Notes under the pieces: generated by a model
Databases searched by the model: none
What the model saw: the letters and a program-made list of their open reading frames with translations, nothing else
Told to the model about the DNA's origin: nothing
NCBI GenBank assembly: GCA_964342815.1
Contig: CAYFHS010000001.1
Span: forward strand, 147,849-211,848
Length of the DNA stretch: 64,000 nucleotides
DNA from: an uncultured archaeon
GTDB lineage: Archaea > Thermoplasmatota > Penumbrarchaeia > JASLWR01
Reading direction: 5' to 3'
In this document: positions 49,130-59,996 of the stretch, one piece after another
How the letters are laid out: each line of letters begins with the position of its first letter
How positions within the stretch are numbered: the stretch's first letter is position 1
Made by a program: the position numbers and the translations under genes

Positions 49130-50371
49130 TTAAGCCCCCTCCCTGAATTCAGCGGAATCGGTCCCCTTTGAGGCTGCGATTCCGCGAACATTGTCACAAG
49201 TGCAAACTTCGACATTTTTTCGAGCTTCGCACTTATGACAATATGCTCTTGCCTGTTCCACAGCATTTTTCGCGGAGTCCTCCATGTTCTCGTAAACATG
49301 ATAACCGTTATCAGTTAAAATTTTCTTACCTTCTTCCTCGTTCGTACCCATCATTCGCACCGAGATAGGTATACTTGGCGCGATATCAACGATGCCCTTT
49401 GCGATCTCGTCGCATTTCGTTATACCGCCGAAGATGTTGATAAAGATGGATCTTACCCCCGGTTTTTTCAGAACAATACTCAGAGCTTTACTCATATTTC
49501 TAGCATTGGCACCGCCGCCCACATCCAGAAAATTGGCCGGTTCGCCATTATACTGTTGAAGTATATCCAATGAGGCCATGACGAGACCTGCGCCACAGCC
49601 GATTATAGCGATATTTCCCGGTAGATCCACATATGCCAACCCCGCTTCCCGCGCCTCTTTTTCGAGAGCGGTAAACTCTTCGGTTGTTTCCCCTTCAGTC
49701 TTGAATTCCAGATGACGGAAAACTGCATTGTTATCGATATTCAGAACTGCATCAACGGCCACGACATTTCCATTATTCGTGAGAATCAGGGGATTTATTT
49801 CGGCCAATTCCCCGTCGTACGCTTTGAATACTTCGTAAAGCTTTATAGTAATTACCGCAACCTTCAACATAGCTCTTGCGGAAAGACCAATCTGCTTTGC
49901 CATTTTACGGGCGTGATATTGTTGAAATCCGACATCAGGATCGATATCGAACCTTGCGATGGCCTTGGGATTCTCTCGGGCGACCTCTTCAATATCCACA
50001 CCTCCCCTGGAGGACAATATGCAGGTGAAACTTCTTGACTTGCGGTTTACAGTAAATCCCACGTACAGCTCTCTCGCATGGATCAGGTCTGCCTTTTCTT
50101 CGATCAAAAGTTGTCGGACAGTGTATCCTTTTAGTTCCATTCCAAGCAATTCGGGGATTATCTTCATGGCCTCACTTTTCGTGCTAGCGAATTTTATCCC
50201 GCCGGCTTTGCCCCGTCCGCCAACCAGGACCTGGGCTTTCAGGGCTACCGGAAATTTAAGCTCCTTCAGTAAGGCCTCTGCATCACCTTCATTATCGATA
50301 ACGATACCCTTGGGTATCGGTATCCCATATTGTGAAAATATCTCCTTTGCCCTGTATTCATGTAATTTCAT
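49130..50371 (-). CDS. sucC: Succinyl-CoA synthetase beta subunit
   Basis: [52 protein letters not shown]. Confidence 0.95.
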   Translation of the reverse strand: MKLHEYRAKEIFSQYGIPIPKGIVIDNEGDAEALLKELKFPVALKAQVLVGGRGKAGGIKFASTKSEAMKIIPELLGMELKGYTVRQLLIEEKADLIHARELYVGFTVNRKSRSFTCILSSRGGVDIEEVARENPKAIARFDIDPDVGFQQYHARKMAKQIGLSARAMLKVAVITIKLYEVFKAYDGELAEINPLILTNNGNVVAVDAVLNIDNNAVFRHLEFKTEGETTEEFTALEKEAREAGLAYVDLPGNIAIIGCGAGLVMASLDILQQYNGEPANFLDVGGGANARNMSKALSIVLKKPGVRSIFINIFGGITKCDEIAKGIVDIAPSIPISVRMMGTNEEEGKKILTDNGYHVYENMEDSAKNAVEQARAYCHKCEARKNVEVCTCDNVRGIAASKGTDSAEFREGA

Positions 50372-51031
50372 ATGCTGTCGCCCCGTTATGTTATATTAAT
50401 ATTATCTTTTGGTGGAGGGAAGGAGGAAATATAAAAGGGTTTTGCGGTGGATTGACAAACACGGAACCGATTTCGTGAGAATTTACGTTGTAGGCGTTAC
50501 GAGCCAGGATGAGTTGTCGGTTACGGCGGAATAACAAATACTTTATGTAATCGAAACTCGATGAGCAAATCGACAATTATACTGAAGAGTTAAACATTGT
50601 AAACTTCATCGAAGAAAGATGGGGACGGCTTCAAAAAGAAAAGGATGAATATATTGCCTTGGGTGAGATATAGATGGGAGTTTTTATACTCCCTCCTTTT
50701 CAAAAATATATCTATGAAAATGGCGGAAGAAACGAATCTTTGAATATCTGAATAAATATGTCTCAGATCACACAATTCAAGGGCAGTGGTGGATATTTGG
50801 AGATCTAAGGAAAACGGACGCTTTCTCGAAATACCTAAGTTGTGAACAATATAGGAACTGCGTTAGATAGACGTATCCGGCGATAAAAATTCTGCGGACC
50901 CCCCTCTGTCTGAGATCCATCAAAACCCCATAGAATAATCTTAAGCCCAAGAATAAATACGAACGCAATAGAAAAAGTAGCAAAAGAATAAAATATTATT
51001 ATAAATCTGAGTAAGGGAAGAAGGTGCTATT

Positions 51032-52669
51032 ATGAGAAAGCTGATATTGCCATTACTTGTCATGATTGTTTTAATACCTAGTGCATTTGTCAATTCTACT
51101 CCCAACTATTGGGGCGTTTCATTCCCTGAAAGTGATTTTGATTTTGCCATAAACCAAAGCCTTGATCCTCAGTTCGACACAAAGTATGAAAAAATGGTCC
51201 ATCATGAAACAGGTTTATATGCAGTAGGGGAGCGAGGTATGGAAAGAAAATCCGTGGACGATCCCCATGCGCTTGGAATATATCGATTCGATTATGGTGG
51301 GGTTCTTGTCTGGGAAACCATCTGGGAACCTCCCTCTCAAGAATTCGATTATGAATGTTTCTATACCGCCCCTCACATTATGATATATGATGATATTATC
51401 TATATCTTATTGGAAACCCGTGATTTTGATGATTGGTATTATTATATTCTTTCTTTTGACCTAGAGGGTGCACCCTTATTGGAATCCAGATATCATAGAG
51501 ATATGGATACGGAATTCAATGACCTTATTGTAAATGAGTATGGCATTTACGTTATTGGTACCGTACTGTCAGATGAGGACCTATGTCGGGACATTAATAT
51601 TAGGCTTTTTGATTTCAATGGAAATATGAAAAATAATATAACATGGGAAAAAAGCGTTTCCCTCGATGAAGATATGATAATAAGTCAGGTGAAACATGAT
51701 ACCGATAATATTTTCGTATTGGGTTACTCCGTTCCGGATATGAAGGATAATAGTACCGGTCTTTTTGTAATCTCTTTGGAGATGTCTTTAAACGTAATAT
51801 GGGAATACTGGTATCATAATACATACGCGGACGATCCTGATATATTTTACAAATATGAAGACCAATTTCTTATACTGAATGAAGATAAAATCCTCATTGT
51901 TTCTTCAACGAATTACTGTGTAGGTGAGTGGTATAGTTTCACAAACCACCCCGGATTGAATTTTTTAATTGCATTGAATCTCGATGGTACATTGGCATAC
52001 AACGTAACATTGAAAAACAATGCCGACAAACTCTTATCATTTGAGGATGTTAAACTTTTTAATAATATAATCTATTGCATTGGAACTCAATATATTTTTC
52101 CTGATGAGAATTTTTTTATCATTGCCTACAATACGATGGGTGAAATCCAGTGGGAATCTTATTTCAACGATCAACATGATTTTGATGGCGATTATTTTAA
52201 CACAGTAATATCAGATAAGGGTATATTTTTATTTACTACTGATACAAAATACATGTACGAAGAATGGGTCGACAATGAAGTATATGCATATTATAACGGC
52301 AGTTTTGTCCTGCACAGCCTGCATCTTAATGGTACTATAATAAATAAGAATGGAATGTTAACACCCCTTACCTATCGGATCACTACCGCCTTCCAACATA
52401 ATGATACCATATATATTTCTGGATATATTCATGAAGCATACAGTACGGCAAATCCGATTTTCGGCACTGAAAGATATAGATATACGTCAGCATTCATACT
52501 AGGATTCGATTTATCTGAAGAGGATGAACTGGATGACGAGGGTGATAGTGCGCCTGAAAAGAGCAGCAGCGGGGAAATTTATCCCATTATTTTTATATTA
52601 ATAATTTTTGTTTTAATCCTTTTATTAATAATTTTCAATAAAATAAAAAAAACAAGGGGAAATACTTAA
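51032..52669 (+). CDS. Membrane-anchored hypothetical protein, probable beta-propeller
   Basis: Signal peptide, about seven spaced x(F/L)DxxG...W repeats, C-terminal TM followed by KK; AT-rich. Confidence 0.6.
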   Translation: MRKLILPLLVMIVLIPSAFVNSTPNYWGVSFPESDFDFAINQSLDPQFDTKYEKMVHHETGLYAVGERGMERKSVDDPHALGIYRFDYGGVLVWETIWEPPSQEFDYECFYTAPHIMIYDDIIYILLETRDFDDWYYYILSFDLEGAPLLESRYHRDMDTEFNDLIVNEYGIYVIGTVLSDEDLCRDINIRLFDFNGNMKNNITWEKSVSLDEDMIISQVKHDTDNIFVLGYSVPDMKDNSTGLFVISLEMSLNVIWEYWYHNTYADDPDIFYKYEDQFLILNEDKILIVSSTNYCVGEWYSFTNHPGLNFLIALNLDGTLAYNVTLKNNADKLLSFEDVKLFNNIIYCIGTQYIFPDENFFIIAYNTMGEIQWESYFNDQHDFDGDYFNTVISDKGIFLFTTDTKYMYEEWVDNEVYAYYNGSFVLHSLHLNGTIINKNGMLTPLTYRITTAFQHNDTIYISGYIHEAYSTANPIFGTERYRYTSAFILGFDLSEEDELDDEGDSAPEKSSSGEIYPIIFILIIFVLILLLIIFNKIKKTRGNT

Positions 52670-52853
52670 GCCTCAACATGGCGTTAAAAAGATAGAACTA
52701 ATGATCAATATATTTGTGCATCGATATGGTTTACCCGACCTTTTGAGGCAGCGGCAGGGGTTAGACGGAACGATATAAAAAAAATTTCCAACCAATAATT
52801 ATCTGCAATAAAGCCTATCGCCTATCGAATATAACCGCTACTGAGGCAATAGA

Positions 52854-53285
52854 ATGAATCGTGATATCTCCCTGGAATTGAACCTGGCAGCCCCATGCGG
52901 ATTCTACTGCGGAACGTGCAGACACTATCTGGCAAGGACGAAGGGATTATTGGGAGAAAAAAAACTTAAACATGGATGCAGGGGCTGCAGAATACAAGAT
53001 AAAAATTGTGCCTGGGTGAAAAAAGATTGTGTATTATTGAGAAAAAAACAAATAGATTTCTGTTTTGAATGCAAGGATTTCCCCTGTGCCAATCTAAAAA
53101 AGCTCGATGAACGTCATATTCGCGATGATAATGTGAGCCTCATCGATAATTTACTGAGGATAAAAAAGTTCGGCCCAAAGCAATGGCTCGCAGAAGAAGA
53201 TGAAAAATGGAGATGCCGAAATTGCGGCGGGAGAATATGCGTCATAGATAAGGAATGTTATGATTGTCGGTGTAAGATCGATTGA
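52854..53285 (+). CDS. DUF3795-like Cys-rich protein
   Basis: APCGFYCGTC, CRGCR, CV...K.IDFCFECKDFPC, W.C..CG...C pattern. Confidence 0.8.
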   Translation: MNRDISLELNLAAPCGFYCGTCRHYLARTKGLLGEKKLKHGCRGCRIQDKNCAWVKKDCVLLRKKQIDFCFECKDFPCANLKKLDERHIRDDNVSLIDNLLRIKKFGPKQWLAEEDEKWRCRNCGGRICVIDKECYDCRCKID

Positions 53286-53461
53286 AAGATGCTAGGTCCC
53301 GGCACTCCGGGTGAATCATTGTCTCGCCCAAATTAATTGCGTTTCGCTTCAAAAACTCTAGATATGGGCGTGGCGTAAGGAGAAATCATGGCGCTAAATA
53401 GATAATTACATAATCATATGTAAGGACCAGCAGTTATATCACCACCAAATGTGAGATTGAG

Positions 53462-54145
53462 ATGTCAGGTATTGGATTGCTGAATGAAAAGCCGCTTCAT
53501 GCATCGCTGAAGGAGTGGTACGCCCAACCGGGAGACCGATTCGAGGTTGAGGTTGATGGATTTGTCATCGATATCGTTCGAGAGGATCTGCTGCTGGAAA
53601 TTCAGACCGGCAATTTCGCATCCATAAAATCGAAGCTGAAAGAGCTGATAGCTAGGCATCCGATACGATTGATCTATCCGATAGCTCAGGAGAAATGGAT
53701 CGTCAAGCAACCTAAGGATAACAGCAGTGCCGTGACACGCCGCAAGTCGCCCAAAAGGGGGCGGGTGGAGGATATGTTCTGGGAAATGGTGAGTTTCCCT
53801 CATATGTTTATGAATACTAACTTCTCCCTCGAAATATTGTTGATAAGGGAAGAAGAGCAAAGACGGTTCGAGGGGAAACGTAAATGGCGCACTAGGGGAT
53901 GGGGCATTGAGGAGCGTCGCTTGCTGGAAGTGGTGTACCGTAAATTATTCGAGGAGCCCGCAGATTTATTAGAGCTGATTCCGGAGAACTTAGAAGAACC
54001 ATTTAGCACAAAAGATTTGGCCGAAGCGATGGGCATCAGGAGACAATTGGCGCAGAAGATGGCCTATTGTTTACGTAAAGCGGGAGTGATCAATGTGATA
54101 GGAAAGCGGGGACGGTTTATTCTATACAGGGTGGCTGGCGCCTAA
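53462..54145 (+). CDS. Conserved hypothetical protein with PD-(D/E)xK-like N-terminus and C-terminal winged helix
   Basis: NEKPLHASLK...EV...VIDI...EIQT; C-terminal PFSTKDLAEAMGI...AQKMAYCL. Confidence 0.6.
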   Translation: MSGIGLLNEKPLHASLKEWYAQPGDRFEVEVDGFVIDIVREDLLLEIQTGNFASIKSKLKELIARHPIRLIYPIAQEKWIVKQPKDNSSAVTRRKSPKRGRVEDMFWEMVSFPHMFMNTNFSLEILLIREEEQRRFEGKRKWRTRGWGIEERRLLEVVYRKLFEEPADLLELIPENLEEPFSTKDLAEAMGIRRQLAQKMAYCLRKAGVINVIGKRGRFILYRVAGA

Positions 54146-54224
54146 TGTCTTGTGGATTCCCGAAGTTGCAACGGAGCCGACAGGCGAGAGTCTGAAACTC
54201 GCGAGTTATGCGAGGACGTTAGTC
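54140..54224 (+). other. Degenerate attC-like imperfect hairpin overlapping the stop codon
   Basis: GCCTAAT at the left end and GTTAGTC (or GTTATGC) at the right; CTAATGTCTT can pair with GAGGACGTTAG using G-T wobbles. Confidence 0.35.
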
Positions 54225-54387
54225 CCGAGCATGACGGGGGGCGCTAGACCCTCGACATGCGCAGTTTGCAATGTGTTCCTTCAATATATTTCTATTATTT
54301 TTCGGAAAATCTAAATATTAAGAAAGTTAATCTATCCTAACTATATGCATATAAAAAGACATTATTTTTAATTCTGGGAATGTAACT

Positions 54388-55470
54388 ATGAGTGAATCAC
54401 AAGACATTGGATACCATTGTTTTCACGAATCAGATTGGGATTATTTTAAAGATTCAATCGGGGATTTTGATAAACAATGGGAAGAAGTAACAAATAACCT
54501 GGGGAGTGATTTTTTATCTTATTTACAATCATTTCTTTTCGAAAACCAATATTTCTTTTCTGAAGATTGTACTTTTCAAGTTGAACTAATCATTGATACA
54601 AATATAGTGTTTGGGGAAATAAGAGCAATATTGAAAGGGAAACCCTCATTCCTAATGTCTATTATTGGAAATCCATTCTTAAAATTGTATGCTCCACCCG
54701 AAATAGTAGAAGAAACTATCTCGACAATAGAAAATGACTTGCCAAGAAATTTAAACCAAATCAAAGCAAAAGAAGTAGCTATGAACATCTTATCTCAAAT
54801 CGAGATATTACGGGGACAACGTCTTGAATCATGGATTCATGCATATCATTTGATAGGAGAGCGCGATAAGAAAGATGTCCCCTTTTTATCCCTCGCATTT
54901 TCATTGGAATCTCATGGAATTATGACCCGGGATAAAGATTTCGAAGATCAAACGGATGTGAGAATATGGAAATTGGGGGAAGCAGGAAGAATGGTATCCG
55001 ATTTTAGTAAAGGATCGTTCTCATTTTTCATATTAGGTAATTTCATACCAAGATTGATACAATTTTGTTATTGGTTGTGTGTAAGTTTTTTAAAATTCGT
55101 TGCTGATGTAGTTAAAGGATTTATTTCCGTTATTACAGCCCTAATAAAGGGGGGAGCAGATGCATTATCACGAATTCCAAAATGGATTTTATTCAGTGCA
55201 TTAGGTTTAGTTGCAATTACATTAATCTGTTCTGAAAAAGCAAGAGAACGAATTGGAAATTTTATGAAAGATATTGGTAAAATAGCCTTATTTGCTTTTA
55301 ATGAAATTAAGAAATTATTTAAAAGAGTAATTGAGGGCATTCGACAAATGATTCAATTATTAATGCCTTTCATTTCAGTCGTTATTAATGCGGTTGGCTA
55401 TCTATTTTATCATGTCCAACGACTCATTAATAGAATTCATGAGCTCGAAGAATCTAGAGCCGAATTGTAA
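54388..55470 (+). CDS. PIN-domain protein with C-terminal hydrophobic helices
   Basis: IIDTNIV, PEIVEE, DKKDVPF, IMTRDKDF PIN motifs; two hydrophobic segments in the C-terminal half; AT-rich. Confidence 0.75.
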   Translation: MSESQDIGYHCFHESDWDYFKDSIGDFDKQWEEVTNNLGSDFLSYLQSFLFENQYFFSEDCTFQVELIIDTNIVFGEIRAILKGKPSFLMSIIGNPFLKLYAPPEIVEETISTIENDLPRNLNQIKAKEVAMNILSQIEILRGQRLESWIHAYHLIGERDKKDVPFLSLAFSLESHGIMTRDKDFEDQTDVRIWKLGEAGRMVSDFSKGSFSFFILGNFIPRLIQFCYWLCVSFLKFVADVVKGFISVITALIKGGADALSRIPKWILFSALGLVAITLICSEKARERIGNFMKDIGKIALFAFNEIKKLFKRVIEGIRQMIQLLMPFISVVINAVGYLFYHVQRLINRIHELEESRAEL

Positions 55471-55595
55471 TTTTCCAAATCCCCTGATGCTTAATAATTA
55501 TGAGTTTTGTCATATAAAGTGAAACTTATGTTGTAGAATAAAAATAATTGAGGTTGAATATAGGTATATTCCTAGATATATAAGGAACACAATGC

Positions 55596-55656
55596 ATTTC
55601 GCCATAACTCCGCTATTGACGAACAAAAAGTTCAGAAAGGTGGAGTTATGCGAAAT
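55596..55656 (+). other. attC-like hairpin with one extrahelical base
   Basis: ATTTCG-C-CATAACTCC pairs with GGAGTTATG-CGAAAT; core-like CCATAAC...GTTATGC. Confidence 0.4.
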
Positions 55657-55924
55657 TATTACGAATCATTCGCCTAAATCCTAAAAACCTTCCTTGGATT
55701 CCAAACTACAACAGCTTTTTCCGCTACATCTTTCACTACTTCGTCACCCACCTGTCACAAGATATAACTGCATCTAATTGGCTCCTCATATCTGGGAACT
55801 CCAAAGGTCGTAATTATGGATATATTTATTCTGGGTCCAAGCTTTGCAATTATGATGAATATCAAAATAACAAACCCTTGCGAAATCTTTATTGATTTTA
55901 ACTTGTATCAAACAGGTCGATCAT

Positions 55925-56794
55925 ATGTCCGAGCAAATAAAAAATGCTACTTTGGAACTTTTGAGAAGAGCCGCCACATCGTTGCCCACCGACGTCATGA
56001 ACGCCTTAAACCATACCTATGAGAGTGAAGAATCACCCGCCGCGAAGATGAACCTGAAGGCTATTCTTGAAAATGTGAATGTTGCTGAAGAACAGTCGCT
56101 ACCCATGTGCCAAGATACGGGAGCACCCATTTTTTGGATATATTATCCCAAGTCCTATTCCCAGTTAGAGCTTCGTAAGCAGATCAACAAAGCGGTAAGA
56201 GTTGCTTCGGAAATTCCTTATCTTCGACCCAATGCCGTCGATTCCATTACCGGCAAGAATTCCGGGGATAATATCGGTAATGGCGTTCCGGTATTTCATT
56301 TCAAAGAATGGGCTGAAAATCATATCATGGTCGAGCTGATGCTGAAGGGCGGCGGCTCAGAGAATGTATCCCCCCAGTACAAGTTACCCGACTCGTCACT
56401 GGGGGCGGGCCGCAACCTGGAGGGTGTAAGAAAATGCGTTATCGATGCCGTTTTCAGGGCTCAGGGATTGGGCTGTGCTCCGGGGGTGATAGGAGTGGCC
56501 ATTGGGGGTAACCGAGACACCGCGTATGCAGCGGCAAAAAGAGCTCTTATGCGGCCTTTCGATTATCAGAATCACGTACCCGAATTGAACGAACTGGAAC
56601 AAAGATTAATGAAGGAATTGAACGAGCTGGGTATCGGTCCAATGGGTTTTGGGGGGAAAACAACCGTGCTCGCCGTCAAGGCCGTGGCTTTACATCGGCT
56701 TCCCGCCTGCTTCTTCGTTACAATTGCATATAACTGCTGGGCCCTGCGCCGTCAGACAATGATCATCAAGGGAGGTGTGGTTAGCTATGACTGA
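55925..56794 (+). CDS. Class I fumarate hydratase, alpha subunit (Fe-S)
   Basis: PMCQDTG, LRPNAVD, KGGGSEN, GCAPG...GIGPMGFGGKTT, CW. Confidence 0.9.
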   Translation: MSEQIKNATLELLRRAATSLPTDVMNALNHTYESEESPAAKMNLKAILENVNVAEEQSLPMCQDTGAPIFWIYYPKSYSQLELRKQINKAVRVASEIPYLRPNAVDSITGKNSGDNIGNGVPVFHFKEWAENHIMVELMLKGGGSENVSPQYKLPDSSLGAGRNLEGVRKCVIDAVFRAQGLGCAPGVIGVAIGGNRDTAYAAAKRALMRPFDYQNHVPELNELEQRLMKELNELGIGPMGFGGKTTVLAVKAVALHRLPACFFVTIAYNCWALRRQTMIIKGGVVSYD

Positions 56795-57365
56795 GCTGAG
56801 ATTACCCACCGATGAAGCTACCGTTAGAGAGCTGAACGTAGGAGATTTCGTCGAAATAACGGGTATCATGTTTACTGGACGGGATGCCGCCCATACTTTT
56901 TTGATGGAAAAAGACCGGGAAAAATTCAAGGAGTTGCTGAAAGGCAGAATAATATATCACTGTGGACCCGTCGTAAAAAAAGTCCACGGGGAGTGGAAGT
57001 TCATTTCAGCCGGACCTACAACGAGCATTCGTGAAGAACCGTATCAGGCGGATGTTTTCAAACGGTACGGTCTAAGAGGGGCACTGGGTAAAGGCGGGAT
57101 GGGGAAAAAAACCATTGCAGGGTGCAAGGAATTCGGTGCGGTTTACCTGCATGCCGTAGGCGGGGCGGGAGCGCTGGCAGCCGCCTCAGTAAAAAGAGTG
57201 AAAAATGTATACATGCTCGAGGAATTCGGCGTACCGGAAGCTTTCTGGGAGATCGACGTGGAGCGGTTTCCAGCAGTGGTGACCATTGATTCCAAGGGCC
57301 GGAGCCTTCACGAAACGGTAAGGAGAAATTCTAAAACAGAATACCGAAGACTTCTGGGAATCTGA
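56787..57365 (+). CDS. Class I fumarate hydratase, beta subunit
   Basis: FTGRDAAH, IYHCGPVV, AGPTTSIR, GKGGM, IDSKG. Confidence 0.9.
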   Translation: MTELRLPTDEATVRELNVGDFVEITGIMFTGRDAAHTFLMEKDREKFKELLKGRIIYHCGPVVKKVHGEWKFISAGPTTSIREEPYQADVFKRYGLRGALGKGGMGKKTIAGCKEFGAVYLHAVGGAGALAAASVKRVKNVYMLEEFGVPEAFWEIDVERFPAVVTIDSKGRSLHETVRRNSKTEYRRLLGI

Positions 57366-57549
57366 TTTTTTATCGGCCTTTTTATTGATATTGATAATTA
57401 TCGTGTGGCACCATTTTCCGATAGGTCTCGAAATAATGTAAATGTCTGGGAAAATTATATATTTCGGTATTTCCGGGAAAAAATCTATTTAAAAATGCAT
57501 CATTAACCATCACTGACCCCAGTGTGATGTCCCAGGAGGAAACTACCAG

Positions 57550-59511
57550 ATGAGGATTGGTGTGTACGTCTGTCATTGCGGAGGAAATATATCCGAAGTT
57601 GTGGATGTGGAAGCCGTTTCGATGTTTGCGGACGATCAACAAGACGTCGTATTGGCCCGGGATTATTCACATATGTGCTCGGAAGCGGGACAGAAACTTA
57701 TTTTGGACGATATACGAGATCATGAGTTGGATCGGGTCGTGGTGGCTGCCTGTTCACCTCAATTTCATGAAAGGACCTTTATGACACTTATGGAAAGGGC
57801 GGGTCTATCCCCCTATCTTCTGGAGATCGTCAATCTGCGTGAGCACTGTTCGTGGCCCCATTTTGGAAAGCCAGTAGAGGCCACTGAAAAGGCCAAGGAT
57901 CTGACCAGTATTGGAATCGCAAAGGTACGTCTTGACGAGCCATTGGAAAAGAAATCCATGCCAATAGGTAAGAGAGTACTGGTCATAGGGGCCGGAGTGG
58001 CTGGGATCCAGGCAGCTCTTGACCTGGGGGACGCGGGCTTCGAAGTATCTCTAGTTGAACGGGAACCCACCATCGGCGGAAAGATGGCCCAGCTTTCAAA
58101 GACATTTCCCACTGAAGACTGCGCCGCTTGTATCCTCTCACCCAAGATGGCAGATGTTCCAGCAAATCCGAACATTACTCTGTATACTTATTCAGAAGTT
58201 GAGAGCATCAGCGGTTCTCTTGGAAATTATGAGGTGACTATTGAAAAAAAACCCCGATATGTTGATACGGAAAAATGCGTAGGGTGCGGGATTTGTGTGG
58301 CGAAATGCCCCGTAAAGGTTCCGAATAGATTCGATGAAGGATTGGAAAACCGGAAAGCTATTTATCTTCCAAGTGATCTGGCCGTCCCCTACAAATACCT
58401 CATTGATGAAACCGCATGTCTTCATCTCACCAAGGATAAATGCGGGCTCTGTGAAAAATTCTGCCCACAAGATGCGGTAGATTTCGAACAGGAACCCGAA
58501 AGAATAACATTTACAGTGGATACCATCATAGTCGCTACCGGTTTTGACGTTTTCGATGCCGCGGAAAAAAAGGTATACGGTTACGGAAAGTATGAAAATG
58601 TTCTAACCGCATTAGAGATGGAACGGATATTATCGCATATCTCCAATGGTAACGAGATAAAGGAGATCGGCAATAGGATTGCCTTCATTCAATGTGTGGG
58701 ATCACGTGACGAGCAGGTCGGAAATGAATACTGTTCAAAGATCTGCTGTATGTACGCGAGTAAACAGGCTCAATTGCTCAAACGTGCCGATCCCGACAGG
58801 GATATCTATGTGTTCTACACCGATCTGCGGGCAACTGGAAAGGGATTTGAGGAATATTACAAGAGAGCACAGAAGGAAGGGGTCAAATTCATACGTGGAA
58901 GGGTGGCTGAGGCCTTAGAGGATTCCAATACGAAGAAAGTGACGCTGAAGGCGGAAGACACGCTAACCCGCAGCCTGATCGAATCGGAATTCGATACGGT
59001 AGTCCTATCAGTGGGTTTGATACCCAACAAGGGTACCGAGAAGGTCGCCGATATTCTAAGGTTGGCAAAGTCCCCGGACGGTTTTTTAAAGGAAGCTCAC
59101 CTGAAGTTCAAACCGGTAGACACCATTACCGAGGGAGTTTTCATCTGCGGGTGCGCGCAGAGCCCAAAGGATATTCCCGATACGGTGGCCCAGGCCAGTG
59201 CCGCCGCGGCAAGGGCCATGAGGCTCATGAACCGTGGTGTGTACGAAATGGACCCGGTAAAATCATTCGTCTTGGATGATCATTGTGACGGGTGCGCCTA
59301 CTGCGTGGACCCCTGTCCATATAAGGCTCTGACTCTCATAGAGTACATGAGGGATGGGGAGATAAAGAAGACTGTTGAAACAAATGAAGTTGCTTGCAGG
59401 GGCTGCGGAGTTTGCATGGCGACATGCCCCCACGAGGGTATCTACGTGAAACACTTCCGAACGGACATGATTTCAGCAATGGTGGATGCTGCCCTGGTAA
59501 GAAACGGGTGA
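57550..59511 (+). CDS. hdrA: Heterodisulfide reductase subunit A (FAD, 4Fe-4S)
   Basis: RIGVYVCHCGGNI, VVAACSP, NLREHCSW, VIGAGVAG, KTFPTEDCAACI, QCVGSRD, CSKICCMY, C-terminal ferredoxin motifs. Confidence 0.93.
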   Translation: MRIGVYVCHCGGNISEVVDVEAVSMFADDQQDVVLARDYSHMCSEAGQKLILDDIRDHELDRVVVAACSPQFHERTFMTLMERAGLSPYLLEIVNLREHCSWPHFGKPVEATEKAKDLTSIGIAKVRLDEPLEKKSMPIGKRVLVIGAGVAGIQAALDLGDAGFEVSLVEREPTIGGKMAQLSKTFPTEDCAACILSPKMADVPANPNITLYTYSEVESISGSLGNYEVTIEKKPRYVDTEKCVGCGICVAKCPVKVPNRFDEGLENRKAIYLPSDLAVPYKYLIDETACLHLTKDKCGLCEKFCPQDAVDFEQEPERITFTVDTIIVATGFDVFDAAEKKVYGYGKYENVLTALEMERILSHISNGNEIKEIGNRIAFIQCVGSRDEQVGNEYCSKICCMYASKQAQLLKRADPDRDIYVFYTDLRATGKGFEEYYKRAQKEGVKFIRGRVAEALEDSNTKKVTLKAEDTLTRSLIESEFDTVVLSVGLIPNKGTEKVADILRLAKSPDGFLKEAHLKFKPVDTITEGVFICGCAQSPKDIPDTVAQASAAAARAMRLMNRGVYEMDPVKSFVLDDHCDGCAYCVDPCPYKALTLIEYMRDGEIKKTVETNEVACRGCGVCMATCPHEGIYVKHFRTDMISAMVDAALVRNG

Positions 59512-59580
59512 GACAAATGCTCGACAATGAAATGATATCAAGATTTACCAATAATTCCTTCAAAATAGGAGGGTGCCGTT

Positions 59581-59985
59581 ATGGTAGATAAGATAGTTTT
59601 CTCCTCGGATAACGTGAAATTTCAGGAAAAAATATCTAAATTGAGCGGAGAGGTAATTACTCTGTGCGACCAGTGCGGTACATGTTCCGGGGGCTGTCCA
59701 TTTATGGCAGATATGGATATAACTCCATCTCAGATCATGAGAATGGTTCAACTGGGTCAGAAAGAGGTTATGGAAACCTTTGCCATATGGATCTGTGCTT
59801 CATGTTTCACCTGCACAATTCGATGTCCCCGGGGATTGGACATTTCTAAAGTTGCGGAAGCCTTGAGACAGGTGATCCTGAGACGAGCTGCAGACCATGT
59901 GGACCTTAAGTCCCTTTCGGAGGATGAAGTGGCGAAACTACCTCAAATAGCCGTAATAAGTGCCTGCCGCAAGTTAACTGGATAG
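59581..59985 (+). CDS. hdrC: Heterodisulfide reductase subunit C
   Basis: CDQCGTCSGGCP and CASCFTCTIRCP. Confidence 0.88.
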   Translation: MVDKIVFSSDNVKFQEKISKLSGEVITLCDQCGTCSGGCPFMADMDITPSQIMRMVQLGQKEVMETFAIWICASCFTCTIRCPRGLDISKVAEALRQVILRRAADHVDLKSLSEDEVAKLPQIAVISACRKLTG

Positions 59986-59996
59986 GTGAAAAAGGA

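Noticed and set aside
50400-51030. Pseudogene remnant in the long intergenic region (short frame KLDEQIDNYTEEL...)
   Set aside because: Too short, no start codon and no recognisable family.
52670-52770. Additional attC site (GTTAGAC at ~52760; GCCTCAA/TTGAGGC repeat)
   Set aside because: No matching inverse core in register; at most a half site.
54222-54262. Possible IS end (CCCGAGCATG...CATGC) after the attC-like hairpin
   Set aside because: Only a 5-bp inverted repeat, with no transposase or second end visible.
57550-59511. Selenocysteine or MvhD fusion in HdrA
   Set aside because: The ORF is uninterrupted, of standard length, and has no C-terminal MvhD motif.
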